From: Macrostomum lignano
Taxonomy: Eukaryota
Length of the DNA: 64,000 nt
Assembly: GCA_002269645.1 (NCBI GenBank)
Contig: NIVC01003640.1
Location: 22,208-86,207 of the forward strand
Direction of reading: 5' to 3'
Positions 36,027 to 46,147 of the stretch are shown piece by piece. The notes under the pieces are model-generated. The model searched no databases and was not told where the DNA came from. It worked only from the letters and a program-made list of their open reading frames with translations. The translations under genes were made by a program, and so were the position numbers. Positions within the stretch are counted from its first letter, which is position 1. The number at the start of each line of letters is the position of its first letter.

Positions 36027-37113
36027 CCTCACGGCAGGGACTACTTGAACTAGTTTAAATAGTCCCTGCCCACGACGCCCTGCAGACGTACGAAATGTGT
36101 GTTTTTACACCAACCAAGCGACAGAATTATTCAATCCACGGCCAAGTACAGAAGCAGAACTTATTACTACTAGTAGGATTACAGCGTCTTTTTACTCCGC
36201 TCTATTCGCGTCGTTAACTTGCGACATGCAATCTGAGGGCATGGTGTACTTCTTTTGCTTCTTTTGGTAAAAACTTACATGTATTTATCTCGCATACTTA
36301 AGGGAAGTAGCAGCGTCCGTCTGTTTCTTGCAAGCGTCGAGATTTCAATCAACAATTAATCAGTTCAGTGGCAAATCTTGTCTAATAAATGAAGATCAAT
36401 ATGTATACAAGAGACAAATTCATTTAACAACTAACAGTGAATTTAGCGGCAGTGATCTTGTGTCTGCCGATTTCCTTCTCTTCAGTTTAAATTCAATATT
36501 AAGAGCTAGGACGCACATGAAGACAGGTAAGTTTAAGACTACTTTGGTGAATCAGTTTGCAAAGGTTGATGTCGGCAGGATAGTCCAATCCTAAGGATCA
36601 GATAATCCAATTGCCGACCTTAAAATCCCTGTGCCATTCAATCACAGTATCGCTACTTGGGGCTGGCGACGAGATCGGCAGTGAGAACGTCCCAGAGGCC
36701 AGCGCTGTCTCGGCTGTAAAGACCGAATCTCCCCCCAGACTATCTTCTGAGACCCGACCTGCTAATTTTAACGAGTGTAACCAATTTGTCCATGGCTTTG
36801 ATACTTGCCGTACTACATTGCCTTACACCGCCCCCAAAGCTGCTACACCATCCGTCTACCTGTCTAAGCTGCTGCACCGACGATCTAGAATAATAAGCTG
36901 CAATCAACTGTGGAAAAAATTCAAAACTTTCAGTCTGTCTAAAACTCTGCATTTAGACAAAATCTGAAAAAAATATTTTGCAACAAAAATTTATTTTTTC
37001 ACGATGATGTTCTTCGGTGGATAAAAAACGAATTCCTTCCAAATTCATGCAGAAGTCACCGCGGTGCACGCGAGTTCAATTCATTCTCTTCATTCTTCAT
37101 TCAGTTCCGAAAT

Positions 37114-38643
37114 TCACGCAGCCGATGGCAGTGGCGGCTGTGGCCCATCGGTCACCAGTGTCTCGGTCAGGTCTTGGATGCGAGTGTCCGGCAGACTGCG
37201 GGTCGGAAAGGCGGCAACGAAACAGGCGAGGCCGATGGTGGCGAACCTGGCCGGGATGTAGGGGATGAAGTTCACCAGCGGCGACAGCATGCAGCCGGTC
37301 CGCAGGGTGGCCATCAGGAGCCCAAGTCCGGTGTTGCGTACCGCTGTCGGGTAGATCTCCGCTCCGACCGCCGTGATGGCACAGAAGGCGATGTTCGAGA
37401 AGAACTTGCCGCTCACGGCCAGGAAGACCAAAAGAACGATGACACCAGTGCTAAGCTGCTCGTCTTCGGAATGCACGGTGACAAAAACAATAATGATCGC
37501 AACGCAGCAGCAAAAGATTGCCACCCCGCTGAAAAACAGAGTGCGGCCCCGACTGAATATGTTCAGCAATGGCAGAGCCGGTGTCTCCACAGCGGCCATG
37601 AGAGCGAAGGTGATATAGATGTTCGGTACGGCGTGGGTGATCACGAACGTGAAACCGTAGAAAGCAAAACCGCTGCTGAAACTGTACAGGCAAGTGGACA
37701 ACAGGCGGAAGACCACTACCCTGTCTGATAGCAGCTTCTTGATGGAGGTGCACAGCGAGCCTCCGAGCATCGCGCGAGGCGTCCCATGGTCTTTGGTTTG
37801 CTGAGTCTCGAGAAGCTCTCCGTTCTCTTCGAGCTGCAGCGACTCCTCACCTTGACCACCCGAGCTCAGACTGAGAACACTCTCTGGCAATGAGCGCCTG
37901 TTGATCCATGCAATCTTCTGCAGCGCTCGTTTCACCTTCTTGACGGATTTCGTTCGTTGTGAGAGCAGCCAGGACGGACTCTCGGGCAGAAAAGCGATTG
38001 CAATGACCGGCGGTATAACGAAGAAGCTGTTAGCGATCATCAACCACTTGTAGTCTCGTAGTGCAAAAGCCAGAAGAGCCAGCAAGACACCGCCTTGAGC
38101 TGTGCCCAGATTGTACGACTTGACGTACCTGCCCCGGTGCTCCGTCATCAGCACCTCGTTGCCGTACACAAACACTGAGCCCATAGTCCAGCTGGCGAAG
38201 AAGCCGCAGACAAGACGGCTGGCCAGATGCAGCCAGAACTGCGGCGCTAGCGCGGCCAGCAGATTGGTGGCCAGAGTGCACAACAGGCCGATCAGCAGTC
38301 CGGGAATTCGCCCGATGCTGTCGGTGACCGGCCCGGCCATCAATGAGCCGGGGATGCAGCCGGCAAGTAGGAAGACGCCGGACAACTCACCGAGAGAGGC
38401 CTGACTGTCACAGAGACCGTACTCGGCGCTGACGGACGTCGTGAAGCCGTGCTGGCTGCTGTTGGCCGCGGCGACAATGTCTTCCGCAGTCGCGTTGGCG
38501 CTGCAGGTCATGAGGTTGTGGAAAGCTCCACCAGCGATGATCATCCCGCAGAAGCCGCAGGTTAAGCAGCCAACAATGCAGACGATAACCTGGTAGAGGC
38601 CAAAGCCGCCGATGTCCCTGAAAGTAGCCTGTAGGTCAAGCAT
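37114..38643 (-). CDS. SLC22/SVOP-like MFS organic cation/anion transporter, paralog 1 (intronless, ~509 aa from MLDLQ)
   Basis: 12 hydrophobic segments; D(S)IGR in loop 2-3, PESP after TM6, EIYPT.VR..G.G in loop 10-11, LPDT at the C-terminus; N-terminal IGGFGLYQ. Confidence 0.93.
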   Translation of the reverse strand: MLDLQATFRDIGGFGLYQVIVCIVGCLTCGFCGMIIAGGAFHNLMTCSANATAEDIVAAANSSQHGFTTSVSAEYGLCDSQASLGELSGVFLLAGCIPGSLMAGPVTDSIGRIPGLLIGLLCTLATNLLAALAPQFWLHLASRLVCGFFASWTMGSVFVYGNEVLMTEHRGRYVKSYNLGTAQGGVLLALLAFALRDYKWLMIANSFFVIPPVIAIAFLPESPSWLLSQRTKSVKKVKRALQKIAWINRRSLPESVLSLSSGGQGEESLQLEENGELLETQQTKDHGTPRAMLGGSLCTSIKKLLSDRVVVFRLLSTCLYSFSSGFAFYGFTFVITHAVPNIYITFALMAAVETPALPLLNIFSRGRTLFFSGVAIFCCCVAIIIVFVTVHSEDEQLSTGVIVLLVFLAVSGKFFSNIAFCAITAVGAEIYPTAVRNTGLGLLMATLRTGCMLSPLVNFIPYIPARFATIGLACFVAAFPTRSLPDTRIQDLTETLVTDGPQPPLPSAA

Positions 38644-40042
38644 GGCAGCGGTAGCAGCAGTAACAGCCAAAAGAAATGATCCTGGACTGGCGGGAAGACC
38701 TGGCGGCTTTATTATTTATGCCTGGATAGCCAAGTGTTTCATCTGACCGAAATCTAAAATCTTTTGTAGATCTGGTGGCAGCGACAGTCTTTTTTATTTA
38801 TGGTCTCGGCAAAGCTACTTTGCTAAGCCGATTTTATGAGAGTGAAAAACCTAAAGAGAAAAGGGCTTTATAAACATTGCATGTTTTTGAACGCTGCCGC
38901 AGCTGTTGGTCGACAAGCTGGTCTCTCTGTGGGGGCCGAATTTCATCTGCATAAAAAATTGCTACGCCTGCTCCGCGGAAAGAAGTTGGGGAAAGGCAGC
39001 GAGAGACAGAGATGAAGAGACAGAGAGTACATGCATGTCCCCGGTGAGAGAGTATTATGCCGCACTACTGTATAGTTTTTTTCGACCGCACTTTTTTCTG
39101 TTTATTTGCTGGTAGACTCTGCCCAGAGTCTGATAGAATGTAATTACAGAGGGGGGAGAAACCAGTTAGAGGTCAAAGTAGTTATCGATGTAGCATCTAG
39201 CGGACTTTGTGACTGCATGCAGGCCACTGGTGATGGCAGGGCATTGTGCAGCAAAGTCAGTTAGTGAACGGAGAACGGCCGTCATTGCAGTGCAGATTGA
39301 GAGGTGGAAGGCGGATGGGGACGGGGAGAAGGCGGGGTGTGCGGAAGCAGAAAGAGGGAATGGAGAGGGGAGCACGATGCAGAGGGAAAGGAGTACAGAA
39401 TCCCCGGCTGAGGATCTGCAGTTTTGCGCTACTGAACACTGAAAAATGCTCTTTGGAATGCTTTAAGTGCATGCATCCGTTCAGCCAACCAGAATTCAAG
39501 CTTTAAACTCCCTGCAGCCTCGCAAAGTGCACTTCTCTCACAGATGGATTCTCACTAACTCTAGCCAAGCCAATACAGCCTTTCTCAACATCTGAGATGA
39601 GTTTACGTTACTCTACTGCAAGTAGTCAAGTAGGTTCGAAATTTATTGCGAGAGTTGTTTTTAAACATGGCGCGGACTAGTTTTAGGACTGCTGTCTCAA
39701 AGTAAATCTCATCGATTCTCCGACAATATTGCAAGCATGTTACTCGCCGTGTATCAGCTTGGTCAGTCACCAACGTCAACGTTAACAGGCAATCAGTTTT
39801 GTTGAATTCTCTCGGCAAAGTGAACGTGGTACATGGTGTTGTCAAGATCACACTGCTGGTCTGATCTGAGGATCTGCACGGCGGTGATGGCTGTGGCCAG
39901 CAGTGATGCCCGTTATGGATGGGCTGCCTGGGTTGAAACGCGATTGAAACGCTCTACATTTGTCCGCCGTCACTGTCTATGGTAAAAGTGAATCTGCTCA
40001 AGACTGATTTAAACACGCCGGAAGGAGCCAAACGAGACAAAG

Positions 40043-41127
40043 TCAGTTGCGAAAAGCAGGCAGCGGCCGAGAAAGCGGATCCCAACCCCAATGATGGGGA
40101 AGGGAAGGAGTACAAGCGGGAAGGCAGTCAGGTGGACGCAGCCTGCAGCTGCGAAGCCATGAGAGAAACAGAGCGCTGGCGCCGCAGGACAGGGCAGAGC
40201 TGGCAGAAAAGTAGCGGAGAACAGCGTCCGATCTACAGCCCCCAAGAGCCCGAACGTCCGATTCTGACAAGCCGATTTGATGGCAGAAGCTGGCACCCCC
40301 ACGCCGGATGCTGTGGCCGGAGAAACCGGCAGCTGGAAGGCCGCACGCAGCCAGACACGCACGAAGACAGCTGATGAACTGGCTGGCTGAGAGCTCGCCT
40401 CCGAGGCCGTAGCCAAAGAGTGGCGCCCTTGGGTCGCTGGCTGGTGACAGGTGCAGGTGAGACAGTAGAGCGCGCACAGGGCAGAGCGGTGACTCTTGAA
40501 CAGGTGGCAGAAGAACGACATGCGGCGTCGACCCGAACTGGTTGGTCTTGGACTTAGGGAGGGCCAACTTCCAGCAGCCAGATGAAGCCGACAGGCAGGC
40601 CCGTGAGACAGATCGGCTGCCGCGGGTCGATAGGAAGTCGCCAAGGCGCAACATGCCCCACCAGCCCACCAGAAGAGCCGACCAGAAGGCGGCCCTGAGA
40701 TCTGCGCTTGAGATGGAGCGCGGGAGCTGCTGATGGATGCTCTTGAGGTGCTCGATGGTCAGCGGCTTCGCCTGTTTGCATCGCAGGCCCAGATGACGTT
40801 TGGCGCCGCGGAGGGCCAGCTGCACGGTGAAGTCTTTCGCTGGGTCAGGGGCGCCGGTGGCTTGGTGCAGAAAAGAGACGGCATGGATCTAGGATCGGAG
40901 GCTAGAGAAAGACCGGAGCCGGGTGCTCACCAGGTGCGCAATGTAGCGGCAGAGCAGGTCACCGTCAGCTGGAGATGAGGGGCGGCCTGCGCTAACACAG
41001 AAGGCTTCCCAGGAGCGAAGCTGGCTGAGGTAGGATCGCCAGGAGTTCTCCGCCAGGCCGAGGCGGCACAGGTGTCCGGCGGACACAGCGTGAGGGGCGG
41101 GCGGCGTCTCCGAAGGGCGAGGGCGAC
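40043..41127 (-). pseudogene. Tyrosine recombinase ORF of the retroelement, interrupted by one in-frame TAG (40889-40891)
   Basis: ORFs 40889..41086 and 40043..40825 are the same frame: ..SWRSYLSQLRSW..SLRS*IHAVSFLH.. Catalytic motifs MLR, KSKT, HSIRRGG, GGCRS (Cys at the usual Trp) and LRY. No AUG in the N-terminal part of the frame. Confidence 0.88.
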
Positions 41128-42783
41128 CTGCAAAAGGAGGCGAGATTGGGAAGCGGCAGAGAGCGCGTGCGACGCGAACTCAAGCGGGCAGATCACAAGC
41201 GTACGGTAGTAGCGGCAACAAAAGTTAATGAGCTCAGACTGCGAGGCAAACATGCGGGAGGCGGCATCAGCAAAAATCTGCATGCGACCAGGAAGGTGAA
41301 AGGCCTCCAAACTGATGCTGTTCCTGATGCACAGCAGAGCCACAGTCTGGTACACCTGCAGGAACCGCGGGTCACGACAGCTCAGCCGATTGATCATGCC
41401 AGCCGCAGCGGTGCTGTCGGTGTAGATGACAATCTTGCAGTTCTTTAGCTGAGAGCGACGGTGCAGGATGATCAGCAAAGGTGCCAGAGCCTCCTTGAAG
41501 TTGATATGAACATTCTTGAACACACCACCGCAGTCCAGCTCCCAGTCGATGACACTCCAGAAACTCTCGGCACCCCAGATGACTGCGGCTGCGCCCGACC
41601 GGCTGCTGTCAGTCTCCATGGCAAACTCCTCATCAAAGCGCGGCCACAAAGACACCGGGGGGAGCCGAGCCAGGGCTCTGAGCCACCAGGACAGGTTGGC
41701 GCGGGTCTCATCGGTCACCCAAAGCTTGCAGTCAACAGCAGTTGTCAGCCAGTCGAAGAGCGGACGCAGGAAGACTCTGACATGAGGGACAATCTGACAG
41801 AACCAGCTAAGCTTGCCAATCAGCGTCTGAGCAGAGCGCAAGTGCACCCGAGTCTCCGAGCAGGTTTGAGTCAGCAGCTTTGTCGTCTCGAGAGCTTTCT
41901 CCTCGGGCAGCGACTTGGTGCCGGTAGCGGTGTTGATGCGCACGCCAAGGAAGTCGATGCATTGCGTAGGTCTGACAACCTTGTCCCAGTTGATGGCAAA
42001 GCCGAGGCGCTGCAGGATGTCCAGCAGGCAATTGAAAGCAGCGAAAGCCTCGGACTCGGATTTCCCAGCGACTGCCCAGTCATCCAGGTAGTTCACCGTA
42101 GCAGAAAAGCCAAGCCGGTGCATGTGCCGGGTAACGGCGGCTGAAAGACGGTGAAAAACTTCGCAAGCAGCTTTGGCGCCGAAAGGAAGCCTGGTGTCGC
42201 AGAGCAGACTATCCTGGCTGTCTGAGTCAAACCGCCAGGCGAGGCCGACGAGCCGGTAGTCAGCAGGCCTGATTGGCACGGACCTGTAGGCGCTTTTGAG
42301 ATCAACTTTGGCCATGTAGTGTCCCGGATGGAGATGATGAACCAGCTGCTGGACAGTGCAGTACTTGATGTGCTTCTGTTGGTCGTAGAAGTCGTTGACA
42401 GACTGGCCGGTCGGATAGGACAGGTCATAGATCAGGCGGACCCGCCCGTTGGACTTGGGAAGGGCGCCGATGGGGTTGATTTTGATCGGGCCGCTCCACC
42501 GGATGTACCTCCCAAGGCGCAGCTCCTCCTCGACCTGGGCTTCCACAGCGGAGCGGTGCAGCAGGGCGGAGGTGTGGTTCTTGGACGAAGTCAAAGGTGG
42601 CTGGCCAGCATTGGTGAGAGCGAAACCGTTGACGACGCCTTGCATCAGAAAGTCGCGGTCTGGGTCGTCGCTGAGCAGAGCACTCCAGGCGTCAGGTTGC
42701 AGGTCAGACGAGATGGGCAGCGAAGAAGTAAAAGCAGAAAAATCGGAATTAAAAGCAGAGCAGTCAGCTGGATAAAATGGCAT
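40927..42783 (-). CDS. Reverse transcriptase-RNase H (Pol) of the YR retroelement
   Basis: PIGALPKSNGRVRLIYDLS, KVDLKSAYRSVP, LPFGAKAACEVF, YLDD, FLG; RNase H TDSS, HINFKEALA, YTDST, ADAASR. Open for 618 codons from the ATG at 42783. Confidence 0.95.
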   Translation of the reverse strand: MPFYPADCSAFNSDFSAFTSSLPISSDLQPDAWSALLSDDPDRDFLMQGVVNGFALTNAGQPPLTSSKNHTSALLHRSAVEAQVEEELRLGRYIRWSGPIKINPIGALPKSNGRVRLIYDLSYPTGQSVNDFYDQQKHIKYCTVQQLVHHLHPGHYMAKVDLKSAYRSVPIRPADYRLVGLAWRFDSDSQDSLLCDTRLPFGAKAACEVFHRLSAAVTRHMHRLGFSATVNYLDDWAVAGKSESEAFAAFNCLLDILQRLGFAINWDKVVRPTQCIDFLGVRINTATGTKSLPEEKALETTKLLTQTCSETRVHLRSAQTLIGKLSWFCQIVPHVRVFLRPLFDWLTTAVDCKLWVTDETRANLSWWLRALARLPPVSLWPRFDEEFAMETDSSRSGAAAVIWGAESFWSVIDWELDCGGVFKNVHINFKEALAPLLIILHRRSQLKNCKIVIYTDSTAAAGMINRLSCRDPRFLQVYQTVALLCIRNSISLEAFHLPGRMQIFADAASRMFASQSELINFCCRYYRTLVICPLEFASHALSAASQSRLLLQVALALRRRRPPLTLCPPDTCAASAWRRTPGDPTSASFAPGKPSVLAQAAPHLQLTVTCSAATLRTW

Positions 42784-43898
42784 CAGTTTTTTGCACTCGC
42801 ACCGGTCACGTGACCCGGCAGCTGTCCGGTGAGTAATGGCTGCGGCGACTGCGTGTGAGCGTGAGCCGGGTGCGCTGCCAGGCAGCCTTGGATTTTGCAG
42901 ACGTGGCGGAACTTGCAGTTCTGGCGGTTGCATCCGGACTCGGAGTTGAAGCGCAGACAGATCGGCCTGGTTGCTGCCGGGATTTGCTGCTGGCTGGGCT
43001 GCTTAGCGAACGTGAACCGCAGGTTTCTTGGGGCGTTGAGGTGCTTGTGGTACAGCTGAGGGGGCTCTTCACCCCACGCCATGCCCGACTCCGCCACCAG
43101 CTTCCGGTAGTCCTCATCAAACTCCCAGATTACGGACTCCGGGTAGTCAGCAGCCAGCAGCTCTCCAATCTTGCGATTGTAGTCAAGGTAGCCAAGGACG
43201 CCAGTCAGGAGACCATCAGTGCTTCCAGCAGCCGCCGGGAGTTTTTCCTTGATCAGCTTTTGCAAGATGATCGAGTTGGCCGCGATCCACTGACCAGCAG
43301 AGATACTGGACAGCTTCGGCTCCTGCTTTCTGAATGTGAGCGAGCCATTCTCCATAGTGGCGACCAACTGCTCCTGATTGGCTGAGCCGGGTCCTCTGGC
43401 TAGCTTGATGTGGTCTCTGACGAGATGCAACTTGCGAGTCGGAGCCTGGCAATTAGCGGCCTGAAGCTGAGCCGCCTCCCTCATCCCAGATTCAAAAACC
43501 TCGGGCAACTGCAGACTGGCATGTGCGTTATGCTCACCTGATGATGATGCTGGCTGGGGCTGAGCCGTCAAGCGCTGCTGAGTGTGAAGCTGTTGCTGAA
43601 GATCACGATGACGGCCTTCCAGGACTTGCAATTCGAGCAGCTCCACCTCCTGCCGCAGCGCAGCCAGCCGGTCGCTCCCCGCCCCCGGAGGCGCCTCGCC
43701 CGCGCTGCCGATGCCGTCTTCGGCGTCCGGAGCAGAAGTCATCTCGGAGTTGTTGAAGTCTTCGTCAGCTTGCTCTAAACCGAGTGCAGTAGACAAGCGC
43801 TTGGCAAGCTTCTGTTTGCGGCCCGTAGTAGACAGGCCTCTGTTTCGCAGCTCAGCCTTGAGTTGGCGCACGTTTAGTCGCTTTGGGCTGGCACTCAT
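42783..43898 (-). CDS. Gag-like ORF with N-terminal SAP domain and C-terminal CCCH/CCH zinc-finger region
   Basis: LNVRQLKAELRNRGLSTTGRKQKLAKRL matches the SAP consensus, followed by a coiled coil and CLRFNSESGCNRQNCKFRHVCKIQGCLAAH. Likely start ATG at 43898. Confidence 0.85.
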   Translation of the reverse strand: MSASPKRLNVRQLKAELRNRGLSTTGRKQKLAKRLSTALGLEQADEDFNNSEMTSAPDAEDGIGSAGEAPPGAGSDRLAALRQEVELLELQVLEGRHRDLQQQLHTQQRLTAQPQPASSSGEHNAHASLQLPEVFESGMREAAQLQAANCQAPTRKLHLVRDHIKLARGPGSANQEQLVATMENGSLTFRKQEPKLSSISAGQWIAANSIILQKLIKEKLPAAAGSTDGLLTGVLGYLDYNRKIGELLAADYPESVIWEFDEDYRKLVAESGMAWGEEPPQLYHKHLNAPRNLRFTFAKQPSQQQIPAATRPICLRFNSESGCNRQNCKFRHVCKIQGCLAAHPAHAHTQSPQPLLTGQLPGHVTGASAKN

Positions 43899-44514
43899 GG
43901 CGGCGGCTGAGCAAAAAAATTGAGAAATGGCGGCGGAGCCAAGCCGGGCCGGGTGCAGAGGCTTTAAGCTGGCCGGCGCGGCCAACACCCCCACACCTCA
44001 ACCCCCCGCCAAAGTACAGCGATATGTACAGCGGCACCCTCCGGCGCGTCTAACACCCCTTACTCAGAGAGTAACGATTGCATTAAGCATGGGTAAAATA
44101 GGAGAACTTTTCGTCTCAGTAATTGCACTGCGGAAGCAAGCACAGCAGCAATGAAACGCAAAATAAACATAAGAATTAATCAGTAAATAACGTTTGAGAA
44201 CACAGAATGATATGCGGTTGGATAGTTCATCAATAGTTCAAATACATGGCCCACCCCACTAGATATTTCTATAGTGCGTCACGTGGAGAGCGGTTTGATC
44301 CGTAGTCTATTTGCGTTTGGCTCCTCGACTTCTTGCACTGCAGCTTCCTCTTCTCCTGTCAGTTTCCGCGGAAGCTCGGCATTCGGCATACAAAATGCTT
44401 GGATTAGACAATTCTGCGCCAAGCAACTGCTGCTGTCCTGCGCTCAGACCAGTCCACTGATTAACTTTTTCAGCAGGATCACGGTGTCCAAGTTGCCACA
44501 GAAGCTCAAGCTCA

Positions 44515-45200
44515 TCCACACATACTAATTGTGTAAGATCTGTTTGTCTGTCTGTCTGTAGCGCTCTAGAGATTGAACCCAATTGACCAGTTCTGATTGC
44601 GTTTTCTCCAAATGATCTGTAATTATATGAAAAGAAGACAGTTAAATTTTTTTTGCTTTTTGTAGAAGCCTCTATAGCTAGAGATCTCTGTAGTGTATTT
44701 TTCACGCATCTATTGCTCAATTTTCAATTTTATATTATTGGTTGCTGCTCATGATCTGATTACCAACATTTATTCAATTTGTTCTAACATATAGAAACAT
44801 ATATGTGGCATGTAGAATCGAATGTATATCCATATATGTACGAGTAAATGTATCCATATATATACACTAGACTCGAATTGATTTAAGTTCAACTAAACCT
44901 CGACATTGCACAATGCTGTACGATCTGACCAAACGTGGTGCTAAAAATGAGTTGCACAAGAGTCGCGAGGCAAAGCGACGTCGGAGAGAGGAGAATGCCG
45001 ATGCACGAGAGAAGCGCCTGCAGCAAAACAGAGATCGGTCAGCGTAAACACGATCGGCTGAGTCGGCAGGAGAGCGTGATTTTCTTCTGCAAGCTCTGCA
45101 GAAGCATAGAGCGCAACGTCGATCGGCTGAGTTGGCAGACGAGTTCGGCCTCAATCCGTTGAGACAGAATTTGCTTCCTTTATTAATGTGCCTCTGCTTG
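44515..45200 (+). mobile_element. Helitron-like 5' fragment with a decayed STPR-repeat ORF
   Basis: CATACTAAT...TCTGTTTGTCTGTCTGTCTGT resembles Helitron 5' ends. From ATG 44913, two 23-aa repeats (EENADAREKRLQQNRDRSA*TRS / AESAGERDFLLQALQKHRAQRRS) resemble the STPR repeats of RepHel N-termini. One stop; no Rep or helicase domain. Confidence 0.55.
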
Positions 45201-45554
45201 ACTGTACGTTGCGCAATCAAATTCGAGCATCACAGATGTACGACCTATAGATATTTTACTTTCGTTGACTGCCCGTGAATAATTTTTGTGCCCATCCGTC
45301 AATATTCGGAGCAGCCGTTTTGTAGACAGGAAGGACTTGGCATAGGCTACAGTTTGGCAGTTTAGGTCTGCAATAAAGCAGAGAATTTATCTGAATTAAA
45401 ACCAAGTCAGTTTTTTACCTGAGATTAATTACTGTCTTCCATGCAGAATCAATGCTTTACTAGCGCACTTTAATATTTTTTACATTTGAATTAGAAGATA
45501 TTTAGCTGGAACTGTGTTAATATTCTAGAGCAGTGCCAATCTGCTGTGAGTAAA

Positions 45555-46147
45555 TGTTAATCTAGGGGAGTGTTTCTAATCTAGGGGAGTGTTTCTAATC
45601 TGGGGGAGTGTTTCTAATCTGGTGGAGTGGTGCTAATCTGGAGGAGTGGTGCTAATCTGGTGGAGTGGTGCTAATCTGGAGGAGTGGTGCTAATCTGGGG
45701 GAGTGGTGCTAATCTGGGGGAGTGGTGCTAATCTGGAGGAGTAGTGCTAATCTAGGGGAGTGGTGCTAATCTGGAGGAGTGGTGCTAATCTGGGGGAGTG
45801 GTGCTAATCTGGAGGAGTAGTGCTAATCTAGGGGAGTGGTGCTAATCTGGAGGAGTGGTGCTAATCTGGGGGAGTGGTGCTAATCTGGAGGAGTAGTGCT
45901 AATCTTGGGGAGTGATGCTAATCTGGGGGAATGGTGGTAATCTTGGGGAGTGGTGCTAATCTTGGGGAGTGATGCTAATCTGGGGGAATGGTGGTAATCT
46001 GGGGGAGTGGTGCTAATCTTGGGGAGTGGTGCTAATCTGTGGTAGTGATGCTAATCTTGGGGAATGGTGCTAATCTGGGGGAGTGATGCTAATCTGGGGG
46101 AGTGGTGCTAATCTGGGGGAGTGATGCTAATCTGGGGGAATGGTGCT
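45555..46147. repeat. 19-bp G-rich minisatellite (~31 copies)
   Basis: Unit GCTAATCTGG(G/A)GGAGTGGT. Confidence 0.96.

Larger units (their letters stand above)
40009..44053 (-). mobile_element. DIRS/Ngaro-class tyrosine-recombinase retrotransposon (gag, RT/RNase H, YR), ~4.05 kb
   Basis: Three ORFs in the typical order with overlaps; no protease, integrase or TSD. Imperfect 21-bp inverted repeats at 40009-40029 and 44033-44053 are taken as the ends. Confidence 0.9.

Noticed and set aside
40009-44100. LTRs or split direct repeats for the retroelement
   Set aside because: I found no direct repeat between the 5' region (43900-44100) and the 3' region (39900-40250) by eye; only the short inverted pair.
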